Position numbers and translations under genes: made by a program. From Paraspadella gotoi (lineage: Eukaryota > Animalia > Chaetognatha), in NCBI GenBank assembly GCA_051294375.1, contig CM119263.1:29443134-29507133 (forward strand): a stretch of 64,000 nt of DNA, written 5' to 3'. Shown piece after piece: positions 1 through 22,342 of the stretch. The notes under the pieces are model-generated. The model was not told the DNA's origin. It made no database searches and saw nothing but the letters and a program-made list of their open reading frames with translations. Position 1 is the stretch's first letter. Every line of letters starts with the position of its first letter.

Positions 1-6812
<6,812 letters not shown>

Positions 6813-7422
6813 ATTTTTCGCGAACAAAAGGCGCGCGTGAAAATAAAATAAAGTTTCTCCTCACGTGAGAGAGAGATTCTCGAAAACGAGCTTGAAGAAT
6901 CAGGAAAAAAAGTTTAAAGGTTTAAAACAATTTGAGCTAGATGCGTGTAATAAATGATTCAAACAATGAGAGAGACAGAGTAAAAGTTAGAGAGAGGAAG
7001 GGGAAGAAGAGCGGAGAGAATGAAGAAAAGAGAGAGAAAAGAGAGAGAGAGAGAGAGAAACAGTACAACAACGACCAACATGTAACAAATGTCGCGGGCG
7101 TCAATTTTTTTTTTTACCTAAATCAAAAAACGACGGAGACGATCGTACGAGAAAGACAAAACTGCAAAATTAGCAAAAAGTAATAATAACACGAGAATAT
7201 ACTTGTTTTTTTGTTGTTGAAAGGAATGGTACGGGTAAGGATATGGCTCAGGAGTGGGGAGGAGAAAGAGGAGAAGGCCGGGGGAGGGGGGCGCGATCCA
7301 AACCAAAATCTTCCACTTTTGGTTTTGGTTGTTTTTTTTTAACAGTCACCTACACACGTGCACTTTTCGTGCACCCGATCGGTCTCTCTCTCTCCTCCTC
7401 CTCATCTTCCCCCTCTCTTCTA

Positions 7423-11142
<3,720 letters not shown>

Positions 11143-11575
11143 CGCCCGTCCGGCTTTGCTGGGCGCCCGACCGAGCGGCGCCCGGACACGCAAATGCCCT
11201 CTACCGACGCTTAAACCTCATCGCGCGGAATTTCGATTTTTGTCTTCGTTTTCGCTTTTTATTTCCCTTATAAACGCGCCTCTCTCGCTTCCGAGGAGAA
11301 AACGGTGGGAATGAGCAAGTATAGAAAAATAGGAAGAATAATAGGAACAATAAAAATATATTTTAATCCATAATAATAATAATAATAATAATAGTAATGG
11401 CGATAACATAATTCGTCGTCGACTGCAATAACACGTTTTTTTTATTACATTTCCCATTTTGTAAAAGATAAAAAAATTTTTGGAGAAAAAGAAAATGACC
11501 GCGAACGCCTTTTAAAAAAAAGAGCAATTCTCGACAAGAAAAAAATTTAAAAAAATATCAGGGCGAGAAAGACTC

Positions 11576-14500
11576 TCAAGACTTGAGCTCGTTGTAGCAA
11601 ATCTCGCAGACTCGCTGAGGTTTTTTGAAGGATGGCACGGGAGCGGTGTTCTCGGTGCAGTCGGCGCAGAAAACGCCACCGCAATTGCGGCAGTGATGCT
11701 TGCGGAATGTTATGCTGAAAGTTTTGCTGCAGGAGGAGCAGGTATCGATGTCCGAGTCGTCCGTCCACTTGCGCGACTGAATCTGCGCTTGTTTCATTTG
11801 CAACATTTGATTTTCTCTGCGGCGTCAAAGGGAACGAGGAAAGAAGGTTTTTTTTCTTTTTTCAAAAATATAGGAGACGAGTTTGGCAAAATAATAAATC
11901 CCTCCCGACCTCCTCACCTGGCCAACTCTTCGGCGGCGCACTGAAGGCTCTCCTTTTCAGCGACGAGTGACTTCAATCTCGTCTTTTGTTCATCGATCCT
12001 CGCTTCGGCGGAGATGCAACGCTCCCCGAGGAGGCGCTTCTCGTCCTCGAGGATCGAGACTCTCGCTTCGATCTCCAACTTCTCCGACCAGGCGTCGTCC
12101 TTTGATTTATCTAATTTCTGAGAAATGAAAAAGAAACTTAATATGTAATCATGAAATCGTGTTTTTGTTTTTACTAGCGTTAAACTAACTTAAAAATAGC
12201 ACCAAAAAATAAAGAGAAAAGTTTTACAGGCAAAATTGTACTTTCGTCGACCAGATTTTGGTCTCAAAATTAATTTTAAAAAACCAAACAGAAAAATGTT
12301 TTGAACTAACTAAACTATCTAACAAACCATTTTTAAAAAATATTTTGAAAAAAATTTACTAACCAGAATCTTTTCAGAAAAAGTGAAGTCGGCGAATGTA
12401 AATTTGAGCCCTTAAACCGAAATCGTAACAACAATGCACAAACTTTTATTGTCTATTATGTCCGACCTGCAACTCTTGTTCCAAAGTAGAGACGTTCTCC
12501 AGTAGCAGACTCAGCTTGGTGTCCTTGACGGACAGTTCGACCTTGAGCGAGTCTTCCTCCTTCCTCCATTTCTCTTCGCTTTTCGTCGAATCTTCTTTGA
12601 GTCTTTTGATCTCAGAGTCTAATCGAGATCGCTCCTGAAAAGTTTTTTTTTTCTTATTGTTTTTTTTTTCTCATTTTCCCGACTTTTTTTTCCTTTGGGA
12701 TCGATTCATTTTCAAATCAAAATTGACTTAAATTCTTTTATTATTTTTATATCGAAAAGAGCGTGATGAAAGTTCGAGAAAAAATAGATTACAGAGTAGT
12801 AATCAGAATCCAATTACATGATATTTTTCCTTTATTGCATCAGCCATATTCGGCAAAGCCGTGTGTGAGTGCGAGTAAGAAAAAAAAAAAAAAAAGAACG
12901 GCAAAGTTCATTCTAAAAATAGACATCGTTATCTATCCAAACTCTACAAAACCTCACCTCCGAAGTCTCGGCTAATAAATCCTTGAGGTCTTTCCTCTTC
13001 CCCTTCAACTCCTCCTCCATCTCCTCCACCTTCCTCCCCATCTCCACCTTGTCGGCGATGAGAGTGTGCTTCGCCTCCCTCAACAACTGCTCCTCCTCGC
13101 GATGTTTCGCCTCCGCCTCCTTAACCTTTTCCTCCAGCGCCCTCTTCTCTTCGACGGCCGCTTCGAAGTTGGTCCTCGCCTCCGCCTCCCGCCGCTTGGT
13201 CTCCTCGAAGGCGGACTGGGTCGTGGAGAGCTCCTTCTCTAAAGACTCCATTCCCTTTTCGAATTCGGCGATGCGCGATTGCAATTCTTGCTGTTGCGCC
13301 TCGAGAGAGGATACCTGATTTGATTTGGTGACGATGAATTAAATAAATCAAAGCACCAAGCAAAGTCAGACAGGGATACCAACCTGAGACTGCGCTTCGG
13401 TGAGACGGATAGTCAAGACTTCGACCTGTTTCTGCAGGTCCCTCTGAACCCCTTCCTTCTGCAAGAGGGCGCTCTCCATTGCGATTTCTCTGGAACTCCA
13501 TTCGGCCACTTGACTTTCGTGATGCTTCAATTTATCCTCTTGTTTCGTTAATTTTTCCGACTAGAAAAAAGTTATATTAATAATTTAGACATTGTTTTGT
13601 TTTTTTCGTTTCGTTTCGTTGGTAGCATTAAAGGAGATTAGTTTGTTTCTATTTTGAACAACGAATTTGTTTAGCATGAAAAATGGACAGGTTTCGGCTT
13701 CAATGTAAGTCTTCATCAGCCTTCATCTTTGCGCTGATGAAGGCTTACATTGAAGCCGAAACATGTCCATTTTTCATGCTAAATAAATTCGTTGTTCAAA
13801 ATAAACACAAACTATTCTCCTTTAATATTAATAATTTAATATCTATTTAAAGTTGATTTATAAATATTATATTAAACCTGCTCCTGCTTGATCATCTCTA
13901 ACTCGACCAACTTCTTATTAATCAGCTGCTCGTTCCTCCTCTTGTCCTCCAACTTGTTTTTCAACTTCCCCTGCTCTTCCTCAGCCTCGGCGTTGGCCTC
14001 TTTCAGCCTATGAAGTTCGGCCATGACGCCGGCCTCTTTCTCGCTGCTCTCCTCGAGGGCCCTCAAGTATTTCTCGCCCATTTCCTCGTTGGCCTTAGTC
14101 ATGTCCTCCAATTTGACTTTCAACTCTTCGTTGTCCTTTTTCTCTTTGTTCAACGTCTCCACCTCTGCCCGCGCAGCCTCCCGCGCCGCCTCCAGCGCCT
14201 CGCGGGCGTCGATCGCTTCCGCCTTTCTCTTCTCTCCCTCCTCTTTCATCTCCGCCCTCAGTCTGTCCGTCTCTTCCTTCCTCTCCGCCACCTCCTTCTC
14301 TTTTCTCTCCAACTCTTCCTTCAAAACCTTCACGGCGGCGATTTCCTTCCCTTCTTCCTCGTCCCCTTCCTCCGCCTTCTTCAACAACTCCTCTCGCTGC
14401 TCCTTCAGCCGCGCTTCCGACTCCTCCAGCTTTTCCTCGCTCCTCTTCCTCTCCTCCTCGGCTTCCCTGACGACCTTGTCTCTCTCCTCCTCCGTCTCTT

Positions 14501-17500
14501 CCAGCCGGCTCCGCAGTTCCGCCGCCTCGTCCGAGAGGGCGCGGACCTGCTCGTCCAAGACGCTCTGGACTGAGACGAGTTGACGCTTGAGCGCCGCGGC
14601 GTCGTCGTCCTCCGAGCGGCGGCGCTGGAGTTCATCTTCGGCCGAATTCAGTTTAGCGAGAAGTTGAACGATCTCTTCTTGTTTCGCCGCCTAATAATAA
14701 TCAAGAAATTTTGTAAACTCTTAGGTCTTAGAGAATATATCTTATCCAAAGAGATCGACTCTTAATTAAATTTGCATATTGTAGCAATTTAATTTTGTAC
14801 GCCTATTTTTGATTCGAAATTTTCGCTAATTCAGAAGTTAACTTTAGCGACTCTATTATTTTTGTTACCGTAAATGTTATTACAACTTTTTCCGAGCTAT
14901 ATGGGTTTGATTATTCTATTAATTCACAGTCATCGTTAATGTTATTACGCCATTTTCACTGCTGTTTGTCTTTGATTAATTTATTGAGTCACTGTGATTG
15001 TCAATGTTATTTTAATAAAAAAAAATTATAATATCATAATCTTGTAAGAGTGATGGAGGCCTTAAACCACAAAAGCTTGTCCAAAGTCAGGGGCAAGATA
15101 CTAGCTTATTTATTAAATGAATGGATAATTTTTATATTGGTTATACCAATTTCATTAGTTCAACATTATATAGTATATCTTCTTTGTCAAAAAGAAAAAC
15201 TTCGCTAACCTTAATGCTGTCGGCCTCGTCGGCCTTGGCCTGAAACTCGACGACGCTGGAGGCCAACTCCGCGGCCTTCCGCTCCATGGCCTCTTTGGAA
15301 ACGCGGAGAGATTCCAACTGTTGCACGTTGCCCTCCAATTGCTGCTGCAAGAATTTGTTCTTCTCTTCGAGTTCTCGGTCGTGACGCTGCCTCTCCTGCT
15401 GCTCCTCCTCCCGCTGCTGATGCTTCTGATCCTCCTCGGGCAGGGAAGTGGCCATCCCGCCGGTGGAGCTCTCGTATTTTCCCAACTCCTTCTTCAACTC
15501 TTCCACGTACCACTTCTCCTCGTCGAGGGAAACTTTTAGTTCTTTGTTCTCTTGAATCAGGTCCTTCACTACTTGATCCTGAGAATAAAGGGAGCGACGT
15601 GATTTGTCCTCGATCGATAATTATTTTTTATTAATCTTTTGCTTGAAAGTCATCGTATATGCGGTCTTAACCTTTAATACTATAAGTCGATCCGTTTTTT
15701 TTACCTGTTGTTTGATGCCTTCGACCAAAGACGTGCTGTTTGTTCTTCCTTCTTTGGTTTCATGGTCAAAGTCTAATTCGTCGTGAGCGCGGTCGAAATG
15801 GTCCTAAAATATTTACGATTTGATTATATATATTGATTATATCATCAACGGAATGGACCTATAAACGGACTTGGTTGGCCTAGTGATGTGATTGCTCGTC
15901 TACTTCACGAATCATCAGAATGCCGACGAATCACAGACCTTACTTCAACCTTAGAATGACCAATGACCGACAGAGGAACCGACGGAGGGATTGATGGTCA
16001 AAATTGCTAAGAGAACTCTAGGCATTCACCTCTACACCTAAACTCAAGAAAGAACACTTCTTCAAATAATTATTGAACTGTTTAATATTGTCATCACCTT
16101 TGTCTTAACCTTTGTCATCGTGTCATCGTTACCCTAATCATTGTCCGTCATAAATAAAACCATTGTCAACCAAATACTTTGCCACTTATTAATTACCCTC
16201 GTTATTTGACTAAACGTCAACGATATATATATATATTATATAATTATATATATTGATTTAGCAAAGGCTTAAAAACAGAGCCGCGATTAAAACCGCAAGT
16301 ACTCAAAATAAAAAAGTCCTGAAGCTAAACAATATCTGTCAAGAATTTTATTTCATATCAAGAATGATACAGTCGCATACATCATATATAATATAATATT
16401 ACATAATAAAATACAGAGCTACTACAAAAATATGAAACGTTTATGCACAGTAAGGCGTAGTAAAATTTCTAAATTTAACTTTAATTATAATTCTTCATGT
16501 ATAAACTTTCGATTTTCGCTGTTTTTGGGCATTAGGATTCTAAAACTTCTAAAAGTGAGGAACGAACAACATTATACTAATGAACATTTATGTAATAAAA
16601 AAATTTATAATAAAATTTACAATTTACGCAGTAGGCCATATTTATACTAGTACTAAACCAATAAATGTTAAAATTTCAAAACAGATTTTTCTAAGAATTT
16701 TTTGCAGATTTAAATTCGTCATAAAAAGTTGATAAAAAGAAATATAACTCTTTTTGAAAAATTCTTTCATTAAGTGGATCAAAAATTTAAAAAAAAACTA
16801 TATTTTAAGCTAAAAATTAACTTTTTATATATTAAATATAGTTTTTTTAATTTTTAACCCACTTAATGAAAGAATTTTTAAAAATGATTCATATTTTCTT
16901 TTATCAACTTTTGACGAGGAATTCAAATCTGCAATCAAAATTAAGAAAAGTCTATTTTGAAATTTTTCGATTTTATAAGGATAGTACTATATATAAATAT
17001 AGCCTACTGCGAAAATTAAAAAATATAAAATTAATTTTTTTTACAAATTAATGTTCACTGATGGTATGTTGTTCATAATTAACTTTAAGAATTTTCGTAT
17101 GTAACTTTCACTACGCCTTAATGCACAGGCCTTCCAACCTTATGGCACATTATCTATTATCTAACCATTCTTTAACCATTCCCTAACCTGCAACATCTTG
17201 CCGGAAGCGAATTTTCCCTCGCAAAGCGGACAACTGAATTCATCTTCGGTTCCGTTTCTCTTCCCTTCTTCCTCCTCTTCCCCTTCCCTCGAGTAGAACG
17301 TGCTCGTCGGCGCCATCGCCTTCGCTGCCGCCGACGACAGGGTCTTAAAAATGGAGCCCCGTTTGGTGCCGCCTTCGCCGGGCGGAGACGTCGGCGCCGC
17401 TTCCTCCCGCGACGCCGCCTCCGCTCCGTCGCCGCCAAAGTCGTGAGTCAAGAAATGAGTCTGGAGCGACTCCGGGTCGGGAAAGTCTCGTCGACATTGA

Positions 17501-17652
17501 GGGCAAATGAAGCCGGAGACTGGGGCGTCGTCGGCGACGATGAGCGGGGAGATGGCGTCGCCCAACGATTCGACGGGGACTTCCGGGACGGCGGCGACGC
17601 CTCCCTCCCCGCTCGTCACAGTCATCAGTTTGTGGCGAAAGTTTTTCAGCAT
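11576..17652 (-). CDS. EEA1: Early endosome antigen 1-like (N-terminal C2H2 fingers, long coiled coil, C-terminal FYVE)
   Basis: ATG at 17652 (MLKNFRHK). GFICPQC..H C2H2 finger; E/K-rich coiled-coil exons (about 15209-15578, 13878-14690, 12958-13315 and others); FYVE RKWTDD..CSSC..FSITFRKHHCRNCGGVFCADC..RVCEICYNEL, stop at 11576. Confidence 0.9.
13627..13826. repeat. 200-bp near-perfect palindrome in an EEA1 intron, likely inverted Penelope-like element ends
   Basis: Arms 13627-13720 and 13733-13826 are reverse complements with few mismatches (ATTAAAGGAG.../...CTCCTTTAAT). Confidence 0.9.
13734..13767 (+). ncRNA. Minimal type I hammerhead ribozyme core (Penelope type); mutated inverted copy at 13686-13719 on the minus strand
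   Basis: CTGATGA-A-GGCT(tacattga)AGCC-GAAA-CATGTC: intact core boxes, 4-bp stem II, palindromic ACATGT stem III, GTC cleavage triplet. Stem I is essentially missing. Confidence 0.7.
16451..17120. mobile_element. Foldback/MITE-type DNA transposon with an 8-bp target-site duplication
   Basis: Ends TAAGGCGTAGT.../...ACTACGCCTTA. Imperfect inverted symmetry runs along most of the element (centre ~16815). Direct repeat ATGCACAG at 16443-16450 and 17121-17128. Confidence 0.85.
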
Positions 17653-17985
17653 CGTTTCTCCGCCGACATCTGGAGTGACTAGACTAAAGAAAAACGTGAG
17701 AAATGAAACAATTTTTATCATTGGGCGGGACCGAGTGGAAAGGAACCTCCGAAGGTATGTATCTAGCTATGGTATATATTCGTTTAAACGAATAACTTGA
17801 ATGCAAGAAGTGGAATGTTAAAATGATTGTTCAACGGGGACGAGGGAATTAAGAAAGTGGGAAGAGGAGTTTTTCCTTCGTGGAGGGGGGAGGAGAGTTC
17901 GAAGAGAATAACTCCCCTTTTTAGTCGGGGGGGGGAGAGTTCGAAGAGAAAATCTCCCCCCCCTTCAACTCTTCAATCCCCTAAA

Positions 17986-20900
17986 TCAGGAATCGGCCGT
18001 GACGCCGTAGAGTTTGACCGTCCCCGAATCTCGGTCAGAGTATTTGTCTTTATCTTCGCAGGCGAAAGCGAGGAGGTATTTGTTGGGATGCCAGGCGACG
18101 GTGAAGGTCGGGGAGTCGCACGGAACTTGAGAGACTTTGGTTCCGGTCTCCACGTGGGCGAGATCGATGAGGAGATCTTCGGAGGCAGACGCTAGCAACT
18201 TGCCGTCGTGGGAAAAGCTGAAATCGAGATTGTCTTCGAGTAGAAAAGATTATAACAGTAATTAATAAGTAAAATATATAAACCTCAAAGTTCTAATAGG
18301 CCAATCCAATCGGGAGAGCGTCCGCACACAGACGAGTTCTTTGGCGTCCCAGAGAGAAACGAGGGCGTCGGCGCTTCCGGTGGCGAAATGTTTCCCCGTT
18401 GGATCGAACTTGATGCAAATGCAGTTGGCCGGATGCGCCTGAAGAGATGGGGCATAATAATGGGTCAGAGTCTCTCTCACGGTTTTCTGCTTAAGGAATC
18501 AACCTGTATGACATGCTGAAGTTTTCTGTCCGGATAGCTCATGATGTGAATGGAGCCTTGTCCGCTCGTCAAGAAAAACAAGTCGCCCTCGTTGTTCCAA
18601 GTCAGTTCGTTCACCTGTCGAAACCAACAAGTCCAACAACACGTTATCTAAATGCCTGGCAAAAGCCGAATCCAAAACACCAGCTTCACCTCAAATTTAA
18701 ACTGTTCATCGGCAAAAGGTTTCCACGTTCTCGCGTCGATGAAAGTAACGAGATCGTCTTTGTTACCAACGGCGATGTTGTTACCGTCTGGAGACCAGCA
18801 AATGTTGATGTTGTCGCCTGACAGGAAGTTACGGATTAATGAAGTTATCATTTTCAGAAAAGAATGAGGGCTGATCGATCCTTATGCATTGTATGCAAAA
18901 TTGTATAAAAATTTAAGTGTTGGGGGGAAAATTTACAAAGGGAGAGCCAGGGAGAAAAATTTTTTTTCTCCATATTTGACATCTAACCCAAGAGATTTTT
19001 GCATATGCCTTTCTACTAGTTTTCTGCCATCTCAATAACCAAAATAAATAAGCCAACAAAATCGACTTCAATTTTTAATTATTCCGAGCTTTTATGAAAA
19101 AAAAAAAAACCACTCGTCTTCCGCAACTTAAAAATCCTTTCTACTTTATCCCCTAACACAATTCCCCCCCCCAACCCCGCATTCCTCATCGATCCTTTGA
19201 AAAAAGATGAGATTCGGAGCGAAATGCGCCTTTTGCTACCGCGACCTCAACATCAACGGTCACATCGAGACTCAACTTCACAAGATGAACGTCGAGGTGA
19301 CGACCTTCTCTTCCTCTCTCGCCAAAAACGTCATCAAAAGCCCTTTGGTGTTCGGCGCCGTCACTTACGGCGTCACGGCTAAGTACGCCATCGATCGATG
19401 CGCTTTCGGAACGCGGTTTGGACGGACGCATTCATCCGTGGAAACTACTAGTTTTCTTCAGGCGAGAATGAGTGGCGAGGATTACCGTTGATGACAGAAA
19501 AGAAAGAAAAAGTTGAAAGAAAAGATTTCTTCCGTATAGAATGACTTCAATGGGGATACGATATCTTGTATTTTACTTCGTGAATAATCGATTAGCAACT
19601 TTTTTCAATTGTAAATTATTTTTCCCCATTCGATTTTTTAATCACTGAATGAAACAATTTAAATATTTTCTTTTTTGTCTCCATAATAAACGAATTCCCC
19701 TTCATCAAGTCAAAACACGACTTTAGGTGACGGCCGACGTCTCCAGCAATCGTTGCCAATTCCGTCCCGGGTTCGTGCCCGGCGCCTGCCCCGCTTTCGA
19801 CTTTGAGAACGACTCCGGCGATCGAGTCGGCGCCGGTGGGGACATGGTCGCCGAGAGACCGGGAGAGAGAGTGATGATGATCGGAGTAGCAAGACCGGAT
19901 GAAAATGGAGAGAGAATCGGAGGGAGAGTTGGATCGAGGGGCGACGGCGGAGAAGATGCCACGTCGTCGTGTATGGTTTCCGTCAATGGAGCCGTCGAAT
20001 TGAGGAGGTGTCTAAATAGAGCACTAAATAGCCCAATTGATTAAATCCGGTTTCTTATTTCCGTATAAAACCCGAAAGGGGCTGGGAGCTGACGGGCGCG
20101 TTGACGCTTTACGACTCCCGACTGAGCTCGACGCCGCCGGAAGAGAACTGGAGTCTGGCGCTCGTCTGCAAGAAACTCCGCAACGTCGCCTTCGCTTTGG
20201 TCGGCAACGCCAAGAAGTTCGTGGGACTGGGCTTCAGTTTGGACATCACGGGGATGGCGATTAGAGGAGGTTAAACTTGCTCGTCCGGATTTTTTTAGTT
20301 GCGCAACTTAAGTCACTTTTCGGTCGGTCTGTCGATCGTTAAAATTGCCTATAATTGGTTGCTCATTTGTTAAGATAAGAAAAAAAACCGCAAATCGAAG
20401 CGACTACTACTAATTGCTTCTTGTACATGCGTTTCATTCTTGTATAATTATGTAACCACGCAAAATTACAGTCACGTGTTCACAAAGTAAATGCGGCATA
20501 TTTCGCGTAATGTCTGGTTGTTTGAAATGAAACTTTGCAGAGTAATGATCAACCATAAGATATTTGTTATACATAAATTTCTTGATCATGTAGTCACTGT
20601 GACTCAACACATTGGATGGANNNNNNNNNNTTGCTCATTTGTTAAGATACGAAAAAAACCTGAAATCGAAGCAACTACTACTAATTGCTTCTTGTACATG
20701 CGTTTCATTCTTGTATAATTACGTAACCACGCAAAATTACAGTCACGTGTTCAAAAAGTAAATGCGGCATATTTGTTATACATAAATTTTTTGATCATGT
20801 AGTCACTGTGACGCAACACATTGGATGGACCGATCTTGTTTTCTTACTATTTAACGATTATCCCGCCTTTTTTCAGGAATATACACCGATTGGGAGAATC

Positions 20901-22017
20901 TGAGAGACTTGGACAACTTCTCCCCCGAGCGTTTGCAATATTCGATGGGAATAGAAATTCCTTCTGTTCCACAGGACATAACAACTTGGCAAGAATACGT
21001 GCAAATTCTTGAGGACGAAATCTCTAAATTATCTTAGGAAATTTGACAGTTAGACTTAGCGTTTATTAGTTTATTTCGAATTCGCTGGGATAGAAATTAT
21101 CTCGTTTAAAAATAAACTTGTTTTAANNNNNNNNNNTGGCAAGAATACGTGCAAATTCTTGAGGACGAAATCTCAAAATTATCTTAGGAAATTTGACAGT
21201 TAGACTTAGCGTTTGTTAGTTTATTTCGAATTCGCTGGGATGGAAATTATCTCGTTTAAAAATAAACTTGTTTTAAATCAAATTATTTGTATTTTCTTTC
21301 AAAAGGGGTTCTTGAAAGCTAAGCTATTTCGGATTGTATATATTTCACATCACGAGCTACAGAAAAAATAAGAATGAAAACCTTTCGTGTTGATCGATGT
21401 TATTTCGCGGTTTTTTTTCGCGTCCCACACTTTGACGGTTTTATCCCCACTTGCGGTGGTCAACAGATCAGGGTTCAACGGATGCCATGACAACTGATCC
21501 ACGCTGTCCGCGTGACCTGAGGGTAGCGACCCAAGGAGCACAGGAGGGGCAGGGGGGGGGGAGGGCAGTGGTGTTCACTTTAACCTAACCTTAAATCTAA
21601 AAAGGTTTCAAGCCCACTATAAAAACTCGTTCATGCCTCCTAACCTCTAAAGGTGCACTCCTTAGCGAGTCTGCACGTCTCCTCGTTGAGAGTGAAGCTG
21701 GTAACGGTCTTATCGTAGGAGCCCGAAGCGAGGCGCCGACCGTCGCAGCTCCAGCCGACCGAATGGACTTTGGCCGAGTGGGCGGGGTATTCCTTTGCTT
21801 TGGAGGAGCACTTGGCGAAGTGGCCTTGGGGATGGAATGGAGCATGACCAGGCCAGTTTAAATAATAACTTCGGTCATAATTTTGAATAAAATTAACTAA
21901 CGAATTGGTTAAATTCTGGGTCGAATGCTCATCGCCGTCGTTACCTTTGAGATTGTCAACCTCAGCGTCGAAAGGTGACCAAGCGCCCGCCAGAGATTTG
22001 GCCACAACCGGCGCCAT
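17986..22017 (-). CDS. THOC3: THO complex subunit 3 (Tex1, WD40)
   Basis: Exons approx. 21645-22017, 21382-21516, 18690-18817, 18504-18614, 18284-18438, 17986-18217. HSAKVHSVGWSCDGRRLASGSYDKT, GHADSVDQLSWHP, AHPANCICIKFDPTGKHFATGSADALVSLWD, TFTVAWHPNKYLLAFACEDKD. Confidence 0.95.
19207..21037 (+). CDS. Nested antisense gene of unknown function (~295 aa, 4 exons) inside THOC3 intron 2
   Basis: Exons 19207-19461, 19727-20007, 20079-20269 and 20877-21037 join in frame (888 nt) with matching phases. Exon GC content is coding-like. AATAAA at ~21111. The first donor is GC (CAG|GCGAGA). Confidence 0.72.
20291..20425 (+). mobile_element. Short dispersed repeat, Helentron-associated (HINE/DINE-1-like) candidate; second copy at ~48411-48585
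   Basis: Shared blocks TAAGTCACTTTTCGGTCGGTC (20309 and 48448), TTGCTCATTTGTTAA (20359 and 48533) and AAGCGACTACT (20398 and 48559), in the same order, with an internal GGTC/GTCY microsatellite. Confidence 0.55.
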
Positions 22018-22342
22018 CACACTTTTGTCAAACTCAGATCTAAATAACTGAAGGCCAAACGATTTTGTTTTTATTTTTCATAAATCACTTGAACGTTCTC
22101 AATATTTCTAAAACGCCACAATATTTTCTGAAATGAAAAAATTGAAGCAAAAAAGTAGCCAAGTACTTTTCTTTCACTTTTCAAGTTTTTTTTTCCTTTT
22201 AATTCAAAAAAATTCAAATTCCGAAATTTATCGCTAGAAAGTTTAAACAAAACTAATACGTGACAAAATCTCGACCGCAATTCGGGAACAACATTTCTTC
22301 TCCTTTTAATCTACGTCTTCGTCGGGACGACGACTTCGAAAT

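Noticed and set aside
19723-19986. Minus-strand Pro/Ser-rich ORF as an alternative THOC3 exon
   Set aside because: Better explained as the antisense shadow of exon 2 of the plus-strand nested gene.
20358-20830. Apparent tandem duplication either side of the N run at ~20621
   Set aside because: Near-identical sequence flanking a 10-N gap is most simply an unmerged allelic overlap (assembly artefact).
20987-21276. Second apparent tandem duplication, repeating the end of the nested gene's last exon
   Set aside because: It also straddles a 10-N gap and is likely a haplotype overlap.
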